Positions 55,967-64,000 of a DNA stretch of 64,000 bases are shown here, piece by piece; position 1 is the stretch's first letter, and each line of letters opens with the position of its first letter. The notes beneath the pieces are model-generated. The model worked only from the letters and a program-made list of their open reading frames with translations. It was not told the DNA's origin and made no database searches. The stretch spans positions 51,840-115,839 of the forward strand of contig CATINC010000004.1 in assembly GCA_949524905.1 (NCBI GenBank). Reading direction: 5' to 3'. The stretch is from Opitutia bacterium UBA7350. GTDB taxonomy: Bacteria > Verrucomicrobiota > Verrucomicrobiia > Opitutales > Coraliomargaritaceae. The translations under genes were made by a program, and so were the position numbers.

Positions 55967-56382
55967 ATGACCAAAAGAACAATTAAATTAAACATCAAAT
56001 TACCTAAGGGTATATTGGCTACACCAGAGTTAGACGCAATAGCTTTAGCTGCAGCTCATGCCACGGTACAATCCGCTGTAAAAGATCTGCAGACTTTACA
56101 AAAAAATTGCCGAGGATCTTTCTAATATGGGTTTTAAAATTACAGCTCAGGAATTGCTGGCTCGTAAAAAATCACCCGTCGGCAATAAAGCACTCCTCGG
56201 CGGATACAAGAAATCCACTACGCGTAAACGTGTTGTGCTGACGTCTGCGCAAAAAATCACTCGTTGCTGACCTAAAGAAAGGGGCAAAAATAGCTCAGGT
56301 AGCAAACAAATACGGCGTCTCTTCGGCGACCGTAATGAACTTAAAGTCGGCCGCTAAACTCACTCGAAGGCACACAAAATAG
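55967..56382 (+). pseudogene. Small HTH-domain gene interrupted by two +1 frameshifts at poly-A runs
   Basis: I translated it codon by codon. Frame A runs from ATG 55967 to TAA 56123-56125 (MTKRTIKLNIKLPKGILATPELDAIALAAAHATVQSAVKDLQTLQK...). Frame B continues through 56103-56270 (KIAEDLSNMGFKITAQELLARKKSPVGNKALLGGYKKSTTRKRVVLTSAQK...). Frame C runs 56257-56382 (SLVADLKKGAKIAQVANKYGVSSATVMNLKSAAKLTRRHTK*) and has no start codon of its own. The frame switches coincide with A7 (56100-56106) and A6 (56251-56256). A good terminator follows at 56410. Confidence 0.6.
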
Positions 56383-56409
56383 TAACGATATATCAAGCTT
56401 ACTTTTATC

Positions 56410-56432
56410 AAGCCCGATTTTTCGGGTTTTTT
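56410..56432 (+). terminator. Rho-independent terminator
   Basis: AGCCCGA (56411-56417), loop TTTT, TCGGGTT (56422-28), running into a T-tract up to 56432. Starts 28 nt after the TAG at 56380-56382. Confidence 0.7.
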
Positions 56433-56621
56433 GCATGAAAGGAGCTGAGCCAAGTAAGGAGCTCTGGTGTCATTTCTAGCAGACAATGTGTGCGTTCAAT
56501 TACACAAGCAACTTAGTAGAAAAATTAATAATGCGCGCGCGCTTTTTCCTTCAAAACAAGGAGATTGTGAAATTTGACTTGAACTCATGGCAACAGCAGG
56601 CTTTTTTCAACGTTTTCAAAA

Positions 56622-56701
<80 letters not shown>

Positions 56702-56737
56702 ATCCTCAGGACTAAACGCTATACCCAAAAATTTATC

Positions 56738-57211
56738 ATGCGCCACATCATTTCAATTTTGGTTGAGAATAAGTTCGGTGTGCTCGCACGTATTGCAGGC
56801 ATGTTCAGCGGACGCGGATTCAATATCGAAACACTGAACGTAGGCCCCATGCTTGATAGTCGCTTATCTCGCATAACAGCTACGATTATTGGCGACAGCG
56901 AAGCCCTTGATCAGGCAATCAAGCAAGTTTACAAACTTGTTAATGTCCTCGAAGTGACCGACTTCTCAAGCTCCCAGGCGACCGAGCGCGAACTGGTCAT
57001 GGTAAAGCTTACCGTAAAACCTGACCAACGCTCTGAAGTCATGCAAGTCTGCGATATCTTTAGAGCTAAAATTATAGATGTCGCCCCTGAGTCGCTCAAC
57101 ATTGAGATGACAGGTAACTCAAACAAGGTACGGGCTTTTTTAAACCTCATCGAACCATACAATGTCATCGAAATGGCTCGAACCGGTAACCTTGCACTCA
57201 AAAGAGGCTAA
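56738..57211 (+). CDS. ilvH: Acetolactate synthase small (regulatory) subunit
   Basis: 157 aa. The ACT-domain start is [36 protein letters not shown]. Confidence 0.93.
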   Translation: MRHIISILVENKFGVLARIAGMFSGRGFNIETLNVGPMLDSRLSRITATIIGDSEALDQAIKQVYKLVNVLEVTDFSSSQATERELVMVKLTVKPDQRSEVMQVCDIFRAKIIDVAPESLNIEMTGNSNKVRAFLNLIEPYNVIEMARTGNLALKRG

Positions 57212-57260
57212 TTTTAACCACCAAGACAATCGGGCATTTGCCCAAACGAACATAATACCT

Positions 57261-58289
57261 ATGCCAGCTAAAGTCTATACCAACAAAGACGCCGATCTTA
57301 AAATCCTCAAGAAGAAGACCCTTGCCATTATAGGGTACGGTTCTCAGGGACACGCTCACGCTCAGAATCTTAAAGATAGCGGTCTCAATGTTATCATCGG
57401 TCTGTACGCAAAGAGCAAGTCTGTCGCAGTTGCGAAAAAACAAGGCTTTAAAGTTTACGAAACCGCTGAAGCCGTCAAAAAAGCAGATATTATCATGTTA
57501 GCGGTGCCTGACATGAAACAGCCCGAAGTTTACAAAAATGATGTTGAGCCAAATCTATGCAAAGGCAAGACCCTCGCCTTCACACACGGACTCGCTATCC
57601 ACTACGGATTAATTGAAGCACCTCGAGGTGTTGATGTGATTATGGTAGCCCCCAAAGGCCCTGGACACGTTGTACGTAGCCAATTTGTAGAAGGAAAAGG
57701 TGTACCTGCTTTAATTGCGGTAAACAAAGGATCTTCACGTAATGCTCAAGCAGTCGCTTTAGCCTGGGCAAAAGGCGTAGGTGGTACACGCGCTGGAGTC
57801 ATCAAGACGACCTTTAAAGAGGAATGCGAAACAGACCTCTTTGGCGAACAAGCCGTTTTATGCGGCGGAGCCTCTGCGCTTGTAATGGCGGGCTTCGAAA
57901 CACTTGTAGATGCAGGATACCAACCAGAAATGGCATATTTTGAATGCCTACACGAGCTGAAGCTTATTGTGGATCTTATGGTTGAATCAGGCATTTCCGG
58001 AATGCGATTTTCTATTTCTGAGACCGCTGAATGGGGTGACTACATTAGCGGTCCACGGGTCATCAATGCAGGTTCCAAACGTGCGATGAAAGCCATCTTA
58101 AAGGATATTCAATCAGGCAGATTCACCAAAAATTGGGTTAAAGAATACCAGGAGGGCCTCCCGAATTATAAGCAATTTATCGAAGATGGTCAGAACCACC
58201 CGATTGAGAAAACCGGGCAACGCCTGCGCGCGCTCATGCCGTGGGTTAAGAAACGCAATATTAAAGGCGCGCAGGCTGCCTATAACTAA
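57261..58289 (+). CDS. ilvC: Ketol-acid reductoisomerase (class I)
   Basis: Start [13 protein letters not shown] at ATG 57261; the track start 57162 overlaps ilvH. Motifs: [29 protein letters not shown]. Confidence 0.95.
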   Translation: MPAKVYTNKDADLKILKKKTLAIIGYGSQGHAHAQNLKDSGLNVIIGLYAKSKSVAVAKKQGFKVYETAEAVKKADIIMLAVPDMKQPEVYKNDVEPNLCKGKTLAFTHGLAIHYGLIEAPRGVDVIMVAPKGPGHVVRSQFVEGKGVPALIAVNKGSSRNAQAVALAWAKGVGGTRAGVIKTTFKEECETDLFGEQAVLCGGASALVMAGFETLVDAGYQPEMAYFECLHELKLIVDLMVESGISGMRFSISETAEWGDYISGPRVINAGSKRAMKAILKDIQSGRFTKNWVKEYQEGLPNYKQFIEDGQNHPIEKTGQRLRALMPWVKKRNIKGAQAAYN

Positions 58290-58311
58290 GCAGTACACTA
58301 GAATCTTTCTA

Positions 58312-58347
58312 GCGGTCGGCGGGATGCTCCCTCGGCCGCTTTTCATT
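58312..58347 (+). terminator. Rho-independent terminator after ilvC
   Basis: GCGGTCGG (58312-58319) pairs with TCGGCCGC (58332-58339). An inner helix GGGA/TCCC surrounds the loop TGC. TTTTCATTT follows. Confidence 0.7.
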
Positions 58348-58386
58348 TGCACCAGCACGCGTTTCCTTTTGAATACAGCACCTTAG

Positions 58387-59253
58387 ATGCTTATTACTGT
58401 AGCCACTCGTAAAAGTCCCCTAGCCCGCAAGCAAACAGAACTTGCAGTCGAGTGGATCGTCGAACGTCTTCCAAGGTGTGAAGTCACCACACTTCCACTG
58501 AGCACCCAAGTAGATGAGCGTTTGAGTTGGTCACTCGAAAAGCGAGGTAGCTTAGGGCTTTTTACCAAAGAATTAGAAGAAGCACTCCTTGAAGGAACAG
58601 CAGAAATTGCGATCCACAGCGCAAAAGATCTTCCTACTACTTTACCCGAAGGTCTATCGATTGCGGGCTACCTTCCTCGCGGTAATCCACATGATACAAT
58701 GATCCTGCGCCATGATGTTAATGGCGAACCTAGAACCATTGCCAGCGCCAGCCCCAGAAGGCGGCATCAATTAATGCAACGTCTTCCTGATGCTTGTTGG
58801 ACCAGCATTCGAGGCAATGTAGAAACCCGCTTAAATAAAATACAAGCAGGAGCCGCCGATGCCAGTATTCTAGCCAGCGTTGGTTTAGAACGCCTCAGCA
58901 TTGCATCCCATCAGGGACTCAAATTTGAAACTTTATCGATTGAATCAATGGTGCCAGCGCCAGGACAGGCTGCTATCGCAATTGAATGCAAAACCTCCGA
59001 CCTTCCGTACTACCAAGGTCTATTCTGCGAAAAAACCTTTGAGGCCGTCGAACTCGAACGGGCTTTTCTACGACGAATCGGTGGCGGTTGCCAAACACCA
59101 GTCGGGGCTTATTACGATCAGTCTGCCTTGCATATTTACCATCCCACTTGTGGCTATCAAAAACGTGCACTTGATTTGCCAGATCACAAGAACCTCGATC
59201 CATTCATAGATACACTTATAAATGAATTAAATCTTAAGAACCGGGATGTCTAA
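58387..59253 (+). CDS. hemC: Hydroxymethylbilane synthase (porphobilinogen deaminase)
   Basis: 288 aa. Motifs: ITVATRKSPLARKQTE, IAIHSAKDLP, RGNVETRL, and GGGCQTPVGA (dipyrromethane Cys). Confidence 0.92.
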   Translation: MLITVATRKSPLARKQTELAVEWIVERLPRCEVTTLPLSTQVDERLSWSLEKRGSLGLFTKELEEALLEGTAEIAIHSAKDLPTTLPEGLSIAGYLPRGNPHDTMILRHDVNGEPRTIASASPRRRHQLMQRLPDACWTSIRGNVETRLNKIQAGAADASILASVGLERLSIASHQGLKFETLSIESMVPAPGQAAIAIECKTSDLPYYQGLFCEKTFEAVELERAFLRRIGGGCQTPVGAYYDQSALHIYHPTCGYQKRALDLPDHKNLDPFIDTLINELNLKNRDV

Positions 59254-60823
59254 AAAATCAAACAGTATCGTTTATTTAGTCGGAGCGGGACCTGGAGATC
59301 TCGGACTTTTAACCGTGCGAGCGCAAGAGCGTATTGCAGAAGCTGATGCTATTGTATATGATAAGCTTGCAAACCCTGCCCTTCTTGAATGGGCACGACC
59401 GGATGCAGAGTGCATTTATGTTGGTAAATGTGCAGGGCAGCACTCCATTCCACAAAGTGAAATCCAAGCAATCCTTTTAAAGCTAGCAGAAAGTGGTAAA
59501 AAAGTTGTGCGACTTAAAGGAGGAGATCCATTCATTTTTGGTCGAGGTGGAGAAGAAATAGAATTTCTTCATCAAAACGAAGTTACCTACGAAATCGTTC
59601 CGGGGGTAACGGCGGCGTTAGGTGCAGCTGCCTATGCTGGAATTCCTCTGTCTCACCGTGAATTTAGCTCTGCAATCACTTTCCTCACAGGTCACGAGGA
59701 TCCCGAAAAGCAGACCCTTCAGCTAGATTTTCGCAAATACGCACAAGACGGATCCACCTTATGTATTTATATGGGAGTCGGGCAGTTGCCGCGTATTGTA
59801 ACTGAATTACTGGAAGGTGGCTTAAACAAAGATACGCCGGCAACTATTATTCAATGGGCAACCTTGCCGAATCAGGCATTTCTAGATAGCTCCTTGGGTA
59901 ATTTAATTAAAGACCATCAAGCCAGTGAAATCGGCGCTCCCGCTATTATTTTCATCGGCCAAGCAGTACGATACTCTGCACGTAATAATTGGTTTACAGC
60001 ACGCCCGCTATTTGGAAAACGGATTGTCGTTACACGAACCCGAGATCAAGCAGGACGATTATCACATTTGCTGACCGCCCAAGGTGCAGATGTCATTGAG
60101 CTTCCTTTTATAAAGGTCGAAACTGAATTTGATCCACAAGTAGTTGCAGAAGTCTTTGCAGAAATGGCCGTATATGAATGGATAATTTTTACCAGTGCTA
60201 ATGGGGTACGCATATTCTTTGACTTACTCCTAAAAGCCTATCCGGATATCCGCTGCTTGGGACCGATGCGGATTGCTGCGGTTGGACGCGCCACCGCTGA
60301 AGCGATCGAGGCCTTTAATCTAAAAGTCGACCTAGTTCCCCAAAAAGCCAATGGCGATACGCTCGTCAATGAGTTGATTCAAAATGAAGGCATCGAAAGT
60401 ATAAAAGTGCTGGTCGTAACGGGTAACCTTAACCGCAAAACCATAGTGAGTCGCCTTGAAGAGGAAGGTTGTGCCATTGTCGACACTTTACCACTCTACG
60501 CTACTCGCCAGAACGATCTAAAAAATAGCCCTGAGGCACAGCGATACCGCAAAAAAGGCGCCCATGCCATCTTGTTTACGAGTGCTTCAACCGTGCAGTC
60601 ATTTTCAGAACAGAGCGAAGCACTCAAGCTCAAAGATGGGGCCATTCGTCCCGCCCTTGGGAGCATTGGACCCATGACTTCTGCCGCACTTAAAAAGCGT
60701 GGAATGGAGGTCGCTTACCAAGCACCCGAGTCCAACTTAGAGCACTACGTTGTCGAAACTATTTCCTATCTAAATCAAAATAAAACCAATAAATCAAAAA
60801 GTATATGTCCAACGTCACTATAG
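59246..60823 (+). CDS. cobA-hemD: Fused uroporphyrinogen-III C-methyltransferase / uroporphyrinogen-III synthase
   Basis: 525 aa. The N-terminal half has VYLVGAGPGDLGLLTVRA and VVRLKGGDPFIFGRGGEE (SUMT). The C-terminal half from about aa 250 (GKRIVVTRTRDQAG...FTSANGV...FTSASTV) is HemD-like. There is an 8-nt overlap with hemC. Confidence 0.88.
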   Translation: MSKKSNSIVYLVGAGPGDLGLLTVRAQERIAEADAIVYDKLANPALLEWARPDAECIYVGKCAGQHSIPQSEIQAILLKLAESGKKVVRLKGGDPFIFGRGGEEIEFLHQNEVTYEIVPGVTAALGAAAYAGIPLSHREFSSAITFLTGHEDPEKQTLQLDFRKYAQDGSTLCIYMGVGQLPRIVTELLEGGLNKDTPATIIQWATLPNQAFLDSSLGNLIKDHQASEIGAPAIIFIGQAVRYSARNNWFTARPLFGKRIVVTRTRDQAGRLSHLLTAQGADVIELPFIKVETEFDPQVVAEVFAEMAVYEWIIFTSANGVRIFFDLLLKAYPDIRCLGPMRIAAVGRATAEAIEAFNLKVDLVPQKANGDTLVNELIQNEGIESIKVLVVTGNLNRKTIVSRLEEEGCAIVDTLPLYATRQNDLKNSPEAQRYRKKGAHAILFTSASTVQSFSEQSEALKLKDGAIRPALGSIGPMTSAALKKRGMEVAYQAPESNLEHYVVETISYLNQNKTNKSKSICPTSL

Positions 60824-61275
60824 AAACCACTCAAGGCTTCATTGAATTCAAATTATTTGAGGACCGTGCTCCTAAAGCTTGCGAAAACTTCATTACCCAT
60901 ATGAAAAATGGATATTATAACGGGATTATCTTTCACCGGATAATTGCGGATTTTATGATTCAAGGGGGCGATCCAAGCGGAACTGGAACACAAGGAGAAT
61001 CCATTTGGGGAAAATGCTTTGAAGATGAGTGTCATCCAGATTTGACCTTCGATCGCGCAGGTATACTTGCTATGGCCAATGCAGGTCCAGGCACAAACGG
61101 TAGCCAGTTCTTTATCACAGCGAACGCAACTCCTTGGCTTAACATGAAACATACTATTTTCGGAGAAGTGGTAGACGGCATGGATGTCGTTAAAAAATTA
61201 GAAGCTGTGGAAAAAGGACCTGGTGATCGCCCTATTGAGGAACAGAAAATGAAATTCGTTAAGGTCGTTGAGTAA
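60805..61275 (+). CDS. Cyclophilin-type peptidyl-prolyl cis-trans isomerase
   Basis: 156 aa. Motifs: FHRIIADFMIQGGDP, LAMANAGPGTNGSQFFI, HTIFGEV. Confidence 0.93.
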   Translation: MSNVTIETTQGFIEFKLFEDRAPKACENFITHMKNGYYNGIIFHRIIADFMIQGGDPSGTGTQGESIWGKCFEDECHPDLTFDRAGILAMANAGPGTNGSQFFITANATPWLNMKHTIFGEVVDGMDVVKKLEAVEKGPGDRPIEEQKMKFVKVVE

Positions 61276-62038
61276 AATCAGTACCATATGCGCCCTTCAT
61301 GGCTTTACCGGCGGGGGCGCCGATTTTTCCGGTTTTTCGCGTCTTTCTTTACCTGAATGGCGATGGATTTGCCCAGACTTACCTGGGCATGGCGAAAATG
61401 CTTCTCCATCGTGCGATGCCAATGCCTTTGTTAATACAATAGAGGACCAGTGTTCGGACATAAACAGAGCCCGACTAGACGGTTTAAAAATTCTATTGGG
61501 TTATTCGATGGGCGGTCGCGCTGCCCTACTTCATGCCTGCGGTTTTAAGAATAAATGGGATGCTTTAGTATTAATAAGTACCCATCCTGGGATTGAGCCT
61601 GAAAATGAGCGAAGTGCACGACGTGAGGCAGATCGCAAGCTTGCCTCCGAGGCCCTAAAGCTAGGCGCCGGAGCCTTCATACAGCGATGGCAAGAACATC
61701 CGCTCATCCAAAGCCAGAAAACCATACGCCCTGATTGGCATACCGCCATGCAGGCTACACGAAAAAAGCATTCTACCAACGGTCTTGCCACTAGCTTGTT
61801 AGAATTTGGACAAGGATCTACTCCGAACCTATGGCCGAAACTGAAGCAGCTAAGATTACCCGTACTGCTCCTCAGCGGCTCACTGGATAAAACATACCGG
61901 AACTACGCTGAACGTATGCAAATAAAACTTCCAAACGCGACGCACCAAAGCGTCGAAGGCGCCGGACATATGCCCCACTTAGAAAAACCTGAGGTGACCG
62001 CAGAAATACTCAAAAATTTCGTGAAGGGTCTCGAGTAG
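61268..62038 (+). CDS. menH: Alpha/beta hydrolase, MenH (SHCHC synthase)-like
   Basis: 256 aa. Motifs: ALHGFTGGGADF, nucleophile elbow GYSMGGR, C-terminal GAGHMPHLEKP. The MenH assignment rests on overall pattern only, and no other men genes are in the window. Confidence 0.6.
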   Translation: MSKISTICALHGFTGGGADFSGFSRLSLPEWRWICPDLPGHGENASPSCDANAFVNTIEDQCSDINRARLDGLKILLGYSMGGRAALLHACGFKNKWDALVLISTHPGIEPENERSARREADRKLASEALKLGAGAFIQRWQEHPLIQSQKTIRPDWHTAMQATRKKHSTNGLATSLLEFGQGSTPNLWPKLKQLRLPVLLLSGSLDKTYRNYAERMQIKLPNATHQSVEGAGHMPHLEKPEVTAEILKNFVKGLE

Positions 62039-62040
62039 AG

Positions 62041-62613
62041 TTATTGAATATTGGGCAAACTTCGGTCTAGCTCAATCCTCGCCGGGAAAGCTCTCAATGA
62101 ATACTCGATAGCTTTAAAAATAACATCCTCACGAAGTTCTAACACATCTACGCAGTTCGGCATATGTGCGCGCCAAAAAATTTGATCCTTCTTCGGATCA
62201 TATAACTCGATCGTAAGACTACACATAACTCTTGGCCGTGTGTCCTTCTCGTCATGACCATGTAATTCTGGAACGTTACCAAAGGGGCTGACCGCTTTCA
62301 GGCTTACCCTAAGTGCTTTATTCCATTCAGCGCGAACGATGAAGTCTGCGTTGTTTTCGGAGAACGTAAATCCACGTCCTTCAATTTCATGATCCAATCT
62401 ATAAGCAGTATACTCTAAGATATCTCCTGAGGATTGTTCAATCCACCGCATGCCAGTTAAATTAATTTCCCCTACCCTGTAGCTTTGCAGAAGATGAAAT
62501 TCTGTATTTTGAACAAAATTACCCGCATGACGTTCAGTATTCAAACACCCGGTCACAAATACGAAAAGCATCAGGCAAGTGAGGATCGTATAGACTTTCT
62601 TAAATTGTAGCAT
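62041..62613 (-). CDS. Lipoprotein of unknown function
   Basis: 190 aa. Signal peptide with lipobox LFVFVTGC. Confidence 0.65.
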   Translation of the reverse strand: MLQFKKVYTILTCLMLFVFVTGCLNTERHAGNFVQNTEFHLLQSYRVGEINLTGMRWIEQSSGDILEYTAYRLDHEIEGRGFTFSENNADFIVRAEWNKALRVSLKAVSPFGNVPELHGHDEKDTRPRVMCSLTIELYDPKKDQIFWRAHMPNCVDVLELREDVIFKAIEYSLRAFPARIELDRSLPNIQ

Positions 62614-62766
62614 CTCTAATTAGGGTAAGGGTTTGCAAGTAGTACCTAATAAAGACTGAATAGACTATTATGCGCCTGACAACTCAAGAACGCTTCGTTT
62701 TAAGCATTCTGCTGCTTATTTTTGCATTGGCACTATTAGGGTGGTGGCTTTTCTGATACTAGAGGA

Positions 62767-63885
62767 CTAACGAATATTTAATGATGGTATCAACTCTATC
62801 AGGGTCAATTCAGTTGGACAATTGAAACGAAGACGTGGCAAACCACCAAAACGATTGGATCCTGCCCCGGCGGATACATTAAGTAATGGTACTCCGATTC
62901 GGGTAGTGCCACGCGACCATGCTTTCGGAACAGCACTGTCTATCACCAAAGGGCCCCAAAAAGGTAAACGAATTTGCCCGCCATGCGTGTGCCCAGCTAA
63001 ACATAAATCGATAGGATATTTACCCACCGCTAAAGCAAAATCAGGTGCGTGGCCTATTAGTATTTTGAATGCTTGTATATCCGCTTCTTTGCACCATTGC
63101 TCGATGCTTCGAAGCGCCCAATCTCCTTCTTTAGATTGATACAGACTAAGCCCGTGTAAACTGATCAAGCCTCCATTGGTCTGGATAGTCTGAGAGCGGG
63201 ATGAAAGCATCTTAATCGGTTCTAGTTCGCTCATTTGAAGGCTATAAAGATTTAAATCGGTATCGCCAAAAACAGCGAAGCTACCGTACCTAGCTTCAAC
63301 ATTCCGCATAAGTTTCATTAATTTTGGAAATTCATCCTCAAACTTCGCAGGCGACGCAACCTGCAGAAAATCTCCTGTATTAATTAGCATATCTGGTTTT
63401 AACGATTGTACTCGCTCAAATATTGCATGCTCATATTCAGTTACGGATGCTGCTTGAATGTCTGAAAGGTGAACAATTCGTATAGGTTCAGTCAACTTAG
63501 GGGTTAGGATCTGGATTGTCCTCACTTCAAGACGAAATGGCTCAATCTTTGTCATATAAAAACGCAAAACGATAAGATCGAGTGTCAAAAATAAAATCCA
63601 GAAAGCAGCCCATCCGCAGCGTGCACCCGTAGGTAATTTAAATACAAAACATAAGAATGCGAAACTTGCCATCAGTAGCGGCATCAATCCGAAATTGAAA
63701 TCAAAAGCCTCATGTATGATGCTGAAATTTGGATTAAAGAGGCCCGCTTGGTAAAATTTTAAATTCTTAAAAAATGCAAAAATGAGTAAGGCCATAACGG
63801 CAACCCAAAACCATGCAGCCTTTTTATTTTTTTTCCCGAGGGGGCTACTTACCTTTCCAGCAACTCGATAAGGCAAAAAAGTCAT
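62767..63885 (-). CDS. Membrane-anchored metallophosphoesterase
   Basis: 372 aa. About four N-terminal TM helices, then calcineurin-like motifs: VHLSDIQ, INTGDF, GHAPD, AGHTHGGQIR. Confidence 0.85.
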   Translation of the reverse strand: MTFLPYRVAGKVSSPLGKKNKKAAWFWVAVMALLIFAFFKNLKFYQAGLFNPNFSIIHEAFDFNFGLMPLLMASFAFLCFVFKLPTGARCGWAAFWILFLTLDLIVLRFYMTKIEPFRLEVRTIQILTPKLTEPIRIVHLSDIQAASVTEYEHAIFERVQSLKPDMLINTGDFLQVASPAKFEDEFPKLMKLMRNVEARYGSFAVFGDTDLNLYSLQMSELEPIKMLSSRSQTIQTNGGLISLHGLSLYQSKEGDWALRSIEQWCKEADIQAFKILIGHAPDFALAVGKYPIDLCLAGHTHGGQIRLPFWGPLVIDSAVPKAWSRGTTRIGVPLLNVSAGAGSNRFGGLPRLRFNCPTELTLIELIPSLNIR

Positions 63886-63902
63886 TCTACATTTAGGTAA
63901 AA

Positions 63903-64000
63903 TTAACCGGAGACAGATAATCGACGATAAGCTTCTACATAGCGTTCGAGTGTCCCCTTTAGGACCATATCGGGCAATGGTGGCGGTGGGGGAGATTTAT
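63903..64000 (-). CDS. 3' end of an unidentified gene whose N-terminus lies beyond the right edge
   Basis: The minus-strand frame is open from the window edge to the TAA at 63905-63903 and reads ...KSPPPPPLPDMVLKGTLERYVEAYRRLSVSG*. It is too short to identify. Confidence 0.3.
   Translation of the reverse strand, partial: KSPPPPPLPDMVLKGTLERYVEAYRRLSVSG

Noticed and set aside
55967-56382. The frameshifted HTH gene as the orfA of an IS3-family insertion sequence, where programmed frameshifting at A-runs is typical.
   Set aside because: No transposase catalytic ORF follows; a terminator and tRNA-Val do. No inverted repeats are visible. IS3 frameshifting is -1 on A6G/A7 motifs, whereas both shifts needed here are +1.
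56295-56486. A 63-aa minus-strand ORF overlapping the end of the frameshifted gene and its terminator.
   Set aside because: It spans the terminator hairpin and is antisense to the more coherent HTH reading frame. It has no start context or motif.
59246-60823. The CobA-HemD fusion as a novelty.
   Set aside because: Fused uroporphyrinogen-III methyltransferase/synthase proteins are well known in several bacterial lineages, so this is ordinary tetrapyrrole gene organisation.

Overview
The window looks like chromosome from a marine PVC-group heterotroph (Verrucomicrobia/Lentisphaerae-like). I infer this from a PEP-CTERM protein, the sulfatase density and start codons that mostly lack Shine-Dalgarno sequences; it cannot be proven without a database search. 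The window splits into two parts.

(A) About 1-29.6 kb is a sulfated-polysaccharide utilisation island. It holds:
- six Cys-type (C-x-P-x-R) sulfatases and a radical-SAM anaerobic sulfatase-maturating enzyme;
- a partial GH2, a GH42, a secreted ~965-aa CBM-like plus clan GH-A enzyme, and a secreted right-handed beta-helix protein;
- an AraC regulator, a PEP-CTERM protein and several secreted proteins of unknown function;
- a four-gene module (aldehyde dehydrogenase, enolase-superfamily enzyme, KDPG-type aldolase, PfkB kinase) whose composition matches the 3,6-anhydrogalactose catabolic route known from carrageenan/agar degraders.

The genes form two tightly packed divergent operons (12531->4802 on minus, 13213->27298 on plus) around a ~660-bp control region. 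No transporter, SusC/D pair or TonB receptor is present. By hand sampling this part is clearly more GC-rich than part B.

(B) About 29.6-64 kb is housekeeping: serC, topoisomerase III, lpxK, an unusual 405-aa adenylate-kinase-like protein, rsmJ, an M29 aminopeptidase, slyX, engB, purL, argF-D-B-J-C, rpsI-rplM, tRNA-Leu(UAG), xerD, argA, a PPTase, PPK2, rpe, a C-N hydrolase, a small HTH gene broken by two +1 frameshifts at poly-A runs, tRNA-Val(UAC), ilvH-ilvC, hemC, a cobA-hemD fusion, a cyclophilin, a menH-like hydrolase, a lipoprotein and a membrane metallophosphoesterase.

I saw no CRISPR array, IS element, prophage or recognisable defence system. The best candidates for new biology are the uncharacterised secreted enzymes and accessory proteins of the sulfated-galactan island.
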